A stretch of DNA of 64,000 bases from an uncultured Terracidiphilus sp. GTDB lineage: Bacteria; Acidobacteriota; Terriglobia; Terriglobales; Acidobacteriaceae. The notes under the pieces were generated by a model. The model was given only the letters and a program-made list of their open reading frames with translations, did not search any database and had not been told where the DNA came from. Shown piece after piece: positions 19,212 to 28,138 of the stretch. The translations under genes were made by a program, and so were the position numbers. How positions within the stretch are numbered: the stretch's first letter is position 1; each line of letters opens with the position of its first letter. The stretch lies in contig CAZHKN010000001.1 of NCBI GenBank assembly GCA_964532725.1, positions 561 through 64,560 of the forward strand. The letters run 5' to 3'.

Positions 19212-22153
19212 GCTGCGGATGCCAGGACACACAAGATCAACTCTGCGGATGCTGCGCGGGAGTGACGCAAGAGACGCCGGTCGCGGTGGTCAATCGCCCC
19301 GCGCTGCCGGCGATCAATTATCGCGTGGGAACCTATCCAACCTTCCTGGCCTCGATGGAGGCCGCGCTTTCCTCGTATAGCTATCCGGCGCTGGCCGGCC
19401 TGCGGACCCGCGACAGCGGCGACTTCTCGATTGCGCTGATTGACGCATGGGCCGAAGTGCTGGACATTCTCACCTTCTACACCGAGCGGCTGGCCAATGA
19501 AGCCTATCTGGGAACCGCGATTGAGGGCCGCAGCGTATTTGAACTGGCGCGCCTTGTCGGCTACAAGCCCTCGCCGGGAGTGAGCGCATCCACGGTGCTT
19601 GCGTTCACGCTCGCCACCGCGCCGGGTTCGCCGCCTGTTGTCTCCCTCCCTGCGGGAACCCGTGTGCAGAGCGTTCCGGGGCCGGGGCAGATGCCGCAGG
19701 TCTTTGAAACAGCCGCGGCGTTGACCGCAACCATTGCCAATAACGCGATCCCCGCGGCGACTTCGATTCCCTGGGTGCTCAAGGGAGGCGAAACCTCGAC
19801 ATGGATCGCGGGAACTTCCAACAACATTCAGGTCGGCAATGCGCTTTTGTTTATCAGCGCTCCGAATGGCATTCCATCGCAAACAGGCCCGGCGGCAGTC
19901 GTGTATGTAACGGCTGTGCAAGTTGATTCAGTTGGCGGCAATACCCTGGTCTCGTGGGATCAGCAGTTGCCGACCGCCCTCAAGGGGACCGCCGCGACGG
20001 TATGCCTCTATATATTCCGGACCAAGGCGGCGCTCTACGGGTACAACGCACCCTCGCCGGGAATGTTTGCTCCCGCGACGCTGAGCAATATTCAGCCCTA
20101 TTCGAACGCAAACTTTACTGCGACAGACATACCGACGGATTGGGATTTCCAATATGAGGGAAACCAGGCAATCAATCTGGATAACTCTTATGCGGGGTTG
20201 AGTCCAACGGCCAGCGGAGCCAACGCGGCGGCGAATCAGTCGCAATGGCTGCTGTTGGTCAGCCTGGTACCCGATGAATGGTTCGGAGCGACGGGCGCGG
20301 GTACGTCCCTTTTTCAGATCAAGAGCGTGACGGAGACAAACCCCGCTCTCTACGCGCTCTCGGCGAAGACGACACAACTGACGCTGGCGAGCGGCACGCA
20401 ACTCACACCGACCTTGGGTAGTCTCAGTACAGACGTGGATCTACTGCTCGAATTGTATGTTCTGCTCAATACGCGCTCGACAACCGCATATGTAGGCAGC
20501 CAGTTACTGACCTTTGCCAATCTGCCGTTGACTGCTGCGACACTCACTCCTCCACCGGCCTTTCCTTTGAATTCCCTGGCCGCGGGCATGATTCTTCCCA
20601 CATACGCCGAGTCGATTACGCTCACCGGGCTGCAAACCATCTCGGACAACGCGCCGATCGGCGTCAGCGGCAAGCGGGCGCGCATCGTTTCAACAGTGCC
20701 GCTGAGCGGAACGATCACCAGCGGAGGCATTCCCAGCGGAAGCAGCGCCGGCGGCTTCACTCCCACGGGGGCGACGGGATCTCTCGCGGCCAGTGCCAAT
20801 CAGCCTTTTCTCATCGACGCCTTCCCGCCGATCAACGATCCAAATATTAACGGCAACCTGCTCTGGGATGTTCTGACCGTCACCGGCCAGGCAGGAACCT
20901 TGTCGGTTCCCACCGCTTCGTTGCAGTTGCTGCCCTCGATCACTGCCGATCCTCTTGCCGGCGAGTCCGCTCTGGTAAGCGTTGCAACGGTGAATGGAGC
21001 CACGACTGCGCTGACCCTGGCTTCTCCGCTGCAACGGATCTACGACACGCCCACGCTGAACGTGAATGCCAACGCCGTCGAGGCCTCGCATGGGGAGACA
21101 ATGCGCGAAGTGGTCGGCTCGGGCGATGCCACCAACGCGGCATTGCAGTACCAGCTCAAGCAATCGCCGCTGACCTATACATCGGCGGCGACAACCAGCG
21201 GCGTACAATCCACGCTTCAGGTGCGGATCAATAATCTTCTCTGGAATGAGGTTCCCAACTTCCTCTCCTCCGCGCCCAGCGACCGTGTTTTTGTCACCCG
21301 GCCCAGCTCCACCGGCGGCCCGTTTATTCAGTTTGGCGATGGCGTCACCGGTTCGCGCACACCGACCGGAACCTCGAATATCCAAGCGCAGTATCGCAAG
21401 GGAATCGGCATCGCGGGCATGGTGGCGGCGGGGCAACTGACCCAGCCGCTGGACCGTCCGCAGGGGCTGCAAAATGTGACCAACCCCGGCCCTGCAACGG
21501 GCGGCGCGGACCCGGCAACACCCGCTTCGGCGCAACAATCTGCTCCGCTGCCCACGCTCACATTGGGGCGCGTTGTATCGCTTGAGGATTACCAGAACTT
21601 CGCGTTGGGTTTTGCCGGTATCGCGATGGCGCTGGCGACATGGACCTGGTTTGGTTCAACCCGGGGAATCTTTCTTACCCTTGCCGGCGAAGGCGGGACG
21701 CAGGTAAATGGCAGCGACCCGGTTGTGCAGAATCTGCTACAGGCATACCAGACTTACGGCTTGCCGAATGTGCCGGTACTGCCCGTGAGCTACTCTCCGC
21801 AAAATTTTGAAATAGGAATGCAGGTACTGGTGAACGCGCCTACCTACGATCCAACGGTGGTTATTCCTCAGGTTTGGCAGGCATTGACCGCAGCCTTCGC
21901 CTTCGGGCAGCTTGCACCCGGCCAAAGCGTTGCGGCCAGCCAGATCATTCAAATCGCGCAGAAGATTCCCGGCGTCATCGCAGTCAACCTCACCGCGCTT
22001 AATTTGAGTGGATCAGGCGGCGGGCCCCCTGCCAATCTGCTCTGCGCCAGCGGTCCTGTTCCCGGTAACGCATCCTGGTCAATTCCGCCCACCGGCGCGC
22101 AGATTCTGCTGCTCGATCCGGCTTCAATGGGCAATGTGGGAGTGTGGTCATGA
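19208..22153 (+). CDS. Second baseplate J-like protein (Afp11/12-like)
   Basis: NRPALPAINYRVG, DILTFYTERLANEAYLGTA, ELARLVGYKPSPG, IQFGDGVTG, YRKGIG, GRVVSLEDYQNFA. Confidence 0.9.
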   Translation: MSCGCQDTQDQLCGCCAGVTQETPVAVVNRPALPAINYRVGTYPTFLASMEAALSSYSYPALAGLRTRDSGDFSIALIDAWAEVLDILTFYTERLANEAYLGTAIEGRSVFELARLVGYKPSPGVSASTVLAFTLATAPGSPPVVSLPAGTRVQSVPGPGQMPQVFETAAALTATIANNAIPAATSIPWVLKGGETSTWIAGTSNNIQVGNALLFISAPNGIPSQTGPAAVVYVTAVQVDSVGGNTLVSWDQQLPTALKGTAATVCLYIFRTKAALYGYNAPSPGMFAPATLSNIQPYSNANFTATDIPTDWDFQYEGNQAINLDNSYAGLSPTASGANAAANQSQWLLLVSLVPDEWFGATGAGTSLFQIKSVTETNPALYALSAKTTQLTLASGTQLTPTLGSLSTDVDLLLELYVLLNTRSTTAYVGSQLLTFANLPLTAATLTPPPAFPLNSLAAGMILPTYAESITLTGLQTISDNAPIGVSGKRARIVSTVPLSGTITSGGIPSGSSAGGFTPTGATGSLAASANQPFLIDAFPPINDPNINGNLLWDVLTVTGQAGTLSVPTASLQLLPSITADPLAGESALVSVATVNGATTALTLASPLQRIYDTPTLNVNANAVEASHGETMREVVGSGDATNAALQYQLKQSPLTYTSAATTSGVQSTLQVRINNLLWNEVPNFLSSAPSDRVFVTRPSSTGGPFIQFGDGVTGSRTPTGTSNIQAQYRKGIGIAGMVAAGQLTQPLDRPQGLQNVTNPGPATGGADPATPASAQQSAPLPTLTLGRVVSLEDYQNFALGFAGIAMALATWTWFGSTRGIFLTLAGEGGTQVNGSDPVVQNLLQAYQTYGLPNVPVLPVSYSPQNFEIGMQVLVNAPTYDPTVVIPQVWQALTAAFAFGQLAPGQSVAASQIIQIAQKIPGVIAVNLTALNLSGSGGGPPANLLCASGPVPGNASWSIPPTGAQILLLDPASMGNVGVWS

Positions 22154-24453
22154 GCACGACGCCTTCGCCAATCTACTCCCTGCTGCCCGCGGTATTTCGC
22201 AACCGCGATGTCGCGCAGGGCGGGCCGCTGCAAGCCCTGTTTGCGGTGCTTGAAAGCCAATACGGGCTGGTGCAGGATAATCTCGCCCAGCTTTACGACG
22301 ACCAGTTCATCGAGACCTGCGCGCCTTGGGCGATTCCGTACATTGGCCAGCTCATCGGCTACAACACGGTCTACACCGCCGCGCTGACCAGCCCCGACAG
22401 CCGGGCCGAAGTAGCCAATACCATCGGCTACCGGCGGCGCAAAGGGACGCTGATCGCGCTTGAGCAGATCACCCACGATGTCTCCGGCCGCTCGACGATG
22501 GCGGTCGAGGAGTTTCGCAACCTGGTCACGACGGTGAGCATGCGCGATGTGCGGTCAACGCAATTTGCGACCGCCAGCCTGCGCACCGGCACTGACCTCG
22601 AAGACCTGAACGGCCCATTTACCGGGCTGAATCGCACCATCGACGTGCGCAACATCACTCCGCGCAATCGCGTGGCGCAATCGCCGGATAGCGCGCCGCT
22701 GGAGATTGCCCTGCACGGTCCCGGCCGCTTCAATGTACCGCAGGTTTCCGTCTGGATGTGGCGTTGGCAGAGCTTTGCGGTTACGAGCGCGCCGGCTTTT
22801 TCGCTAGGCAGCGGCGGATATTATTTCAGTTCACTGGGCGGACCCATACCGCTCTTTCAGCCCACCACGGCGTTGACCGCATTTTCCTCCCTGGTGCAGG
22901 AAGCAGATGTGCCGGAGCCGATCTCGCTCGCTCGCTTCAGCGCGAATCCGGACGGTTTCTACTCCGGCAGCATCGAACTGATCGCCGACGGCGTGAATGT
23001 TCCGGCCGCGCAGATTACCTGCGCCAATCTTGCAGAAGCGCTGGATGGCTCGGTCTGCACGGTTGCCAATGGAATGATCGCGATTGATCCGCAGATCGGG
23101 CGCATTCAGTACGGACCCGGCGTGGCAATTCCCAAACAGTTGCTCGTCAACTATAACTACGGAGCGCCAGCGCTGATGGCGGGCGGATACTACGACCGGA
23201 CGGCCAATATTGTCCAACCGGGAACGCCGACGGGAGTCGAATTCGCAAACAGCTCCAACCTCTTCGAGGCCATTGTCGGATCAACGCAATACCCTACGCT
23301 GCTCTCCGCGGTCGTGGCATGGAACAGGCTGCCAGCGAACTCGGCGGGAACAATCATTCTGCCCAACTTCGCGACGTACGCAATCAACCTGACCGGCGCA
23401 AACGCGATTCAGATTCCGGCCCAGAGCCAGTTGCTCATTGTTGCCGCCGAGGTCTCCGCAACAGCGGGCGTACCGCCGGAGTGGAAGAACTCCTGCGTCA
23501 CGCTGAATGGCAATATAGAAGTCCACGCCCCGACGATTGCGGTTGATAGCAACGAAGTTTCGCCGCCGATGGGCAGTCTCCTCTTCAGCGGCCTGTGGAT
23601 CAGCGGACAGTTGATACTTTCCGGCGATGAGGCCTGCGTGCAGCTTGCCGATTGCACCCTGGTCCCCGGCATCTCACTTACGACCAAAGGCGATGCGGCG
23701 CATCCCGAAGAGCCGAGCGTCACGGGCACGGCCATCGGCGTGACGCTGGTGCTCAACCGCGTCATCAGCGGGCCGGTCACTCTGCCTCCAACCTGCACCG
23801 CGCGCATCTGCTCAAGCATTATCGACGCGGGCACGCCGTATTGCCCGGCGATTGCGGGTGTTGACCTGGCCAGCCCGGGACCCACGCTGCACATCGAGGA
23901 CTCGACGGTGATTGGCCGCGTCTGGGCGCAGGCGATTCAGCTAGCTTCGAACACTATCTTCTGGGCAAAGATGGGCTGTCTCGATCCCTGGGCCGCACCG
24001 GTGATTGCCAACCGCGTACAGATTGGCTGCGTGCGCTTCTCATGGCTCCCGGCCAGCTCCATTACGCCTCGGCAATATCTCTGTCTTACCTCGCCCACCG
24101 CGAACGGACAGATCATTGAACCGACATTTGTCTCGCTGCGCTTCGGCAATCCAGGCTATTGCCTGCTGAGCGGCGATGTGCCGATGGCGATCTGGAAGGG
24201 CGCGGATAACGGCTCGCAGATGGGCGTCTACTACCAGATGCAGGAGACCGAAGCAGTCACCAATATCCAGATTCGCGCGGCAGAGTACTTGCCCGCGAGC
24301 CTGGAGTGCGGAGTATTTCTCATCCCCTCGCGTTCGGTCGTCGAGGAAATTCCGACGATGGAATACGGCTATGGGCAAGTGCAAGCGCCGCCGCGCTGCG
24401 GTTGCACCGAGACGGGAGATTTGCCCTTCGGCATCGGCATTGGCTTGATTTAG
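22150..24453 (+). CDS. Baseplate/tail protein (P2 gpI-like N-terminus; Afp12-like)
   Basis: IYSLLPAVFRNRD...LYDDQFIETCAPWAIPYIGQLIG...RAEVANTIGYRRRKGTLIALEQ...IDPQIGRI...FVSLRFGNPGY. Confidence 0.82.
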   Translation: MSTTPSPIYSLLPAVFRNRDVAQGGPLQALFAVLESQYGLVQDNLAQLYDDQFIETCAPWAIPYIGQLIGYNTVYTAALTSPDSRAEVANTIGYRRRKGTLIALEQITHDVSGRSTMAVEEFRNLVTTVSMRDVRSTQFATASLRTGTDLEDLNGPFTGLNRTIDVRNITPRNRVAQSPDSAPLEIALHGPGRFNVPQVSVWMWRWQSFAVTSAPAFSLGSGGYYFSSLGGPIPLFQPTTALTAFSSLVQEADVPEPISLARFSANPDGFYSGSIELIADGVNVPAAQITCANLAEALDGSVCTVANGMIAIDPQIGRIQYGPGVAIPKQLLVNYNYGAPALMAGGYYDRTANIVQPGTPTGVEFANSSNLFEAIVGSTQYPTLLSAVVAWNRLPANSAGTIILPNFATYAINLTGANAIQIPAQSQLLIVAAEVSATAGVPPEWKNSCVTLNGNIEVHAPTIAVDSNEVSPPMGSLLFSGLWISGQLILSGDEACVQLADCTLVPGISLTTKGDAAHPEEPSVTGTAIGVTLVLNRVISGPVTLPPTCTARICSSIIDAGTPYCPAIAGVDLASPGPTLHIEDSTVIGRVWAQAIQLASNTIFWAKMGCLDPWAAPVIANRVQIGCVRFSWLPASSITPRQYLCLTSPTANGQIIEPTFVSLRFGNPGYCLLSGDVPMAIWKGADNGSQMGVYYQMQETEAVTNIQIRAAEYLPASLECGVFLIPSRSVVEEIPTMEYGYGQVQAPPRCGCTETGDLPFGIGIGLI

Positions 24454-24583
24454 ACGCCTATGCGCAGGGAGCAATTTTGAAACGGTGCGGGGACTGAGCG
24501 CACCTATCAACAACTCGCAGGATTCCCCGGAAGCACGGGAAACAAAACCAAACCGGCAGCAGAAAACAGATAGGCAGGATGAT

Positions 24584-27202
24584 ATGAAGGGTGATTTCAG
24601 CCGCATACGTTTCAACCCCGCGAAGCAGTACACGGCGGTGTTAAAGCAGCAGGGCCGCGTCGATCTGGACTCGGACGCCAACGAGCAATGCTTCATTGAC
24701 GGCCATATCGATGGCATCACCAATACCGATGTCATCGGGCAATATGGCGGGCCCGCGGGCTGCGCCGGCTTTGAAATCACCATCTCCGGCAGCAGCATCC
24801 TGATCGGAGCGGGCCGCTATTACGTCAATGGGCTGCTGGTGGAGAACCCGGCGTCAGTGAATTACGACGATCAGCCTTACCTCATTAGCCCCACCTACTG
24901 CGCCGAGCAACTGATTGCCGCGGCCAACTCCAGCAGCAACACCGTGCAGTTCGTGCTTGAGGTCTGGCAGCAGCTCATTACCGGTCTCGATGACTGCTGC
25001 CTGCTGGAGCCGGCTCTCGGCCAGGCTGACACGACCGTGCGCCTGAAAACGGTTTGGCGGGTTATCGGGTCGGTGATTCCCACCAGCACCATTCAAAAGG
25101 CAGAGGCGATCAACCCGGCCAATCCGGTTACGCTGCTGATGCCCTGCTGCCAGATGCTCTATGCCGGCACATCGACCACGCCTGCCCCGCACACTGGCCT
25201 GATCAGCGCGGACACCAATCAGACCGGCAGCGAATGCGGGTGCCAGCCGATTGCATCCGCCGGGTATCAAGGGCTTGAAAATCAGCTCTACCGCGTCGAG
25301 ATCCACGGGAGCGGCCAGGCCGGCGCCGCCACCTTCAAGTGGTCGCGCGAGAACGCCTCGGTGGTTACGCGGATTACCAACATCAGCGGAGCGGTGCTCA
25401 CCGTATCGAGCCTCGGACCCGACGCCAACCTCGGCTTCCAGAACAACCAATGGGTCGAGCTTACGGATGACAGCTACACTTACGCGCAGCCGGCCAACAA
25501 GCCCGGACAGCTCCTGCAGATCCAGACTGTCAATCCAGCCACATTGCAGGTCACTTTTGCCGCTCCGATTACAGGCATCAATAAAAACCTGAATCCCCGC
25601 ATGAGGCGCTGGGATCAGTCCGGCACGCTGGCCACGGGGACAGGCGTACCGACTTCGCCCTCGCCGGTGCAACTGGAGAACGGCATCGAAGTGACATTCT
25701 GGGGCGGCCAGTACACCAGCGGAGATTATTGGACGATTCCCGCCCGCACATCCAAAGGAAGAATCGAATGGCCCCCGTGCGGCAGCGCTGGCGGCTACGA
25801 ACAACTTCCCGATTACACGCGGATTTTTCACGCGCCGCTGGCGTGCATGGCCTTGCGTCCGTCCAACTCTGCCGTTCCGGCAGCGGGACAGGCAGACTTT
25901 GGGAACTATGTGGTCAGCGATTGCCGCTTGCTCTTCTCGCCATTGACCGCTCTCGATGTCGAAACCGGGGTGCAAGCCATCCATGTAGTCGGCACCAGCT
26001 GGAATAACGATGACGTGATGACCGTGGACGAGCTGGTGCTGAACGGGCTTTCCGTCACCTTTGACCAGACAACCACCTGCCCCTGGGGCGGTGGTAATTT
26101 TCAGGTTTCGATGGAGATGCCTGCGGTGCCCAACTGGGTTGCGCCGTGGGAGGGAGTCGCGGCGGGCCTTCCGGGCAAGGGCAATTACCCGCCCGGCACA
26201 AATGTATTCGGGCGCTCGGTCTCGGCGATCGATCCGCCGCTGGGAATCGCTGTCGCCGGCACACAGGTCACATGGTCCCCTGTCGCGAACCTTACCGGCC
26301 TGGCCTACTATGAGTCGTATTTCCTCTACACGTCATTGAACGGCGGGCTCAACAGCGCGGCGCCGTTGGGCTTTGCCCGCGTGCGGGTGCGGCTGGATAG
26401 CGGAGCGATCTATGCCAATGGGCCGAGCGGAAATCTCTATCTGGATGGGACCGCCTTCGGGCAAACCACAAACCGCATCGCCGATGGCAGCCCCTGCGTG
26501 ATGCTCTCGCTGCCAACCGGCAACAATCTTAAAGCCGCCGACTTCGATAGCTGGTTCTATCTGGCGCCGTCGCTGATCATCACCGGCATGACCCTTCAGT
26601 TGCTCAATTCCGCCGGCACAGTAATCGGGGGCACAGCAGTGACCATCATCTCAGACCAGTCCGGCAACATCGGCGGCATTGAGACGACAGCGACGCCCAC
26701 AACCACATCGCAGACCGTCTCCAAGATCAATCTGGCTGTCACCTTCAGCTATACCCCCGTTGCGCCTGCAACACTGAACTTTCAGCTGAGTTACAGCGGC
26801 GCAGCCAATATCGCGACTATCGGCAGCCCGGTGAATGTAACTCCAGGCGAGGCTACAGTGAATGTCCCGATCAGCGTCATCGGCAATCCCGGGGTAAATG
26901 TGAATGCGAACAACACCCCCAATGTTGATATCGTGACTATCACCGGCTCTGTTTCCGGCGCGCTTGGCCCGGTACAGTACGCAGGCACATTGCCCACGCT
27001 GACTGTCACCGGAGTTGCGTCCACGACCATTATCCGGATCCTGGGCGGCACAGTGACGACCGGATTGCTGAATGTGAACCCTCCCAGCAACGTGGTTGCG
27101 AGTGTAGAGCAGGAGGCCGCGGCCGAGTCGGCTAAGCAAGTGGAGGCCGCTAAGCAAGCTGAGGCCAAAGAGAAGCAGAATCCGGAACCGCCCAAAGAAT
27201 AA
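24584..27202 (+). CDS. Putative tail fibre (DUF6519-type, Afp13 position)
   Basis: MKGDFSR...VLKQQGRVDLDSDANEQ, GRYYVNGLLVEN, EPALG-DTT, GYQGLENQLYRVEIH, FKWSRENAS, LENGIEV, GDYWTIPART; variable T/S/V-rich C-terminus. Start moved to 24584. Confidence 0.82.
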   Translation: MKGDFSRIRFNPAKQYTAVLKQQGRVDLDSDANEQCFIDGHIDGITNTDVIGQYGGPAGCAGFEITISGSSILIGAGRYYVNGLLVENPASVNYDDQPYLISPTYCAEQLIAAANSSSNTVQFVLEVWQQLITGLDDCCLLEPALGQADTTVRLKTVWRVIGSVIPTSTIQKAEAINPANPVTLLMPCCQMLYAGTSTTPAPHTGLISADTNQTGSECGCQPIASAGYQGLENQLYRVEIHGSGQAGAATFKWSRENASVVTRITNISGAVLTVSSLGPDANLGFQNNQWVELTDDSYTYAQPANKPGQLLQIQTVNPATLQVTFAAPITGINKNLNPRMRRWDQSGTLATGTGVPTSPSPVQLENGIEVTFWGGQYTSGDYWTIPARTSKGRIEWPPCGSAGGYEQLPDYTRIFHAPLACMALRPSNSAVPAAGQADFGNYVVSDCRLLFSPLTALDVETGVQAIHVVGTSWNNDDVMTVDELVLNGLSVTFDQTTTCPWGGGNFQVSMEMPAVPNWVAPWEGVAAGLPGKGNYPPGTNVFGRSVSAIDPPLGIAVAGTQVTWSPVANLTGLAYYESYFLYTSLNGGLNSAAPLGFARVRVRLDSGAIYANGPSGNLYLDGTAFGQTTNRIADGSPCVMLSLPTGNNLKAADFDSWFYLAPSLIITGMTLQLLNSAGTVIGGTAVTIISDQSGNIGGIETTATPTTTSQTVSKINLAVTFSYTPVAPATLNFQLSYSGAANIATIGSPVNVTPGEATVNVPISVIGNPGVNVNANNTPNVDIVTITGSVSGALGPVQYAGTLPTLTVTGVASTTIIRILGGTVTTGLLNVNPPSNVVASVEQEAAAESAKQVEAAKQAEAKEKQNPEPPKE

Positions 27203-27222
27203 TCGCGAGGAAGCCGAAACGC

Positions 27223-28137
27223 ATGAGAGCTGTCTGGTCATTCTGGAGCAAGCCTTTCCAGGCATACAAGGGCCGCATTTGGCGAGAGCCCCAGCACCAC
27301 TTGCTGGCCTGGGGACTCTCGCTCCAGCAGGCCCGGCAGCACTTTGCCGAAACCCAGCTGGTTACCGATACTGCCGGCAAGCGGCTGCTGATCGATCTGC
27401 TGGGGTTGAAATTCGACAATGTCTCGACGGAACTCGATCAACTGCACGATGCCGACCCCGGATGGTGGGCGTTGGGCAAGTTGCTGGCCTATAGCCTCCA
27501 GGACCGTCCCTTCGTTCATATCGACACGGATGTTTTTCTGTGGCGGCCGCTGCCGTCGCGGCTGACTTCGGCGCAGGTCTTTGCGCAGTGCCCGGAGAGC
27601 CACCCGCTCGAAAATGCCTGGTGCGGCCCGCGTCATATTGAATATCTTTTTGACCGCCACAACCTCAGCTTGCCCGTGGAATGGCAGTGGGCCTCTTCGC
27701 GCAATACCACCTGGTTTCGCGAAGAGAACTGCGGCATCCTCGGGGCAAACAATGTTGAATTCATCCGCCACTACGCACAGACCGCGCTCGACATGGTCAG
27801 CAATCCGGCGCATCGCGCGCTCTGGGCCGAGCTGCCGGAGAAGTCCGGCTTCACGATGCTGATCGAGCAGTTTCTGCTCGCCTGCTGCATCGACTATCAC
27901 CGCATCGCGCCGCAATCGGCCCATCGCGGCGTCAGTATGCGCTATCTCTTCCCGTCCTGGTCGGAGGCCTACAATCCTCATACCGCGGCAGCGCTCGGCT
28001 ATACGCATCTGCTCGGCGATACTAAAACTCACCCCGCCGTAATGGCTCGCCTGGAACGGCGCGTTGCGCAGCTTGACCCAACCTTCCTGCTCCACTGCCA
28101 GCGCGTAGCCCAATCGCCGGCAACAGTGGGGGTGTGA
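27223..28137 (+). CDS. DUF6734-like, nucleotide-diphospho-sugar transferase-like protein
   Basis: MRAVWSFWSKP...LVTD...WWALGKLLAYSLQDRPFVHIDTDVFLW (DxD)...NCGILG...IEQFLL...GYTHLLG. Confidence 0.72.
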   Translation: MRAVWSFWSKPFQAYKGRIWREPQHHLLAWGLSLQQARQHFAETQLVTDTAGKRLLIDLLGLKFDNVSTELDQLHDADPGWWALGKLLAYSLQDRPFVHIDTDVFLWRPLPSRLTSAQVFAQCPESHPLENAWCGPRHIEYLFDRHNLSLPVEWQWASSRNTTWFREENCGILGANNVEFIRHYAQTALDMVSNPAHRALWAELPEKSGFTMLIEQFLLACCIDYHRIAPQSAHRGVSMRYLFPSWSEAYNPHTAAALGYTHLLGDTKTHPAVMARLERRVAQLDPTFLLHCQRVAQSPATVGV

Positions 28138-28138
28138 T

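Noticed and set aside
16850-25250. Link between Cys clusters in baseplate proteins and the neighbouring cys operon
   Set aside because: Short Cys clusters appear to be a general trait of this baseplate type, and the operons are divergent with separate promoters; no evidence beyond adjacency.
4390-27202. Prophage or type VI secretion system
   Set aside because: No capsid, portal, terminase, integrase or lysis genes, and no TssJLM/TssK/ClpV. A single-chain sheath with DUF4255, Afp15-like ATPase and DUF4157 indicates an eCIS.
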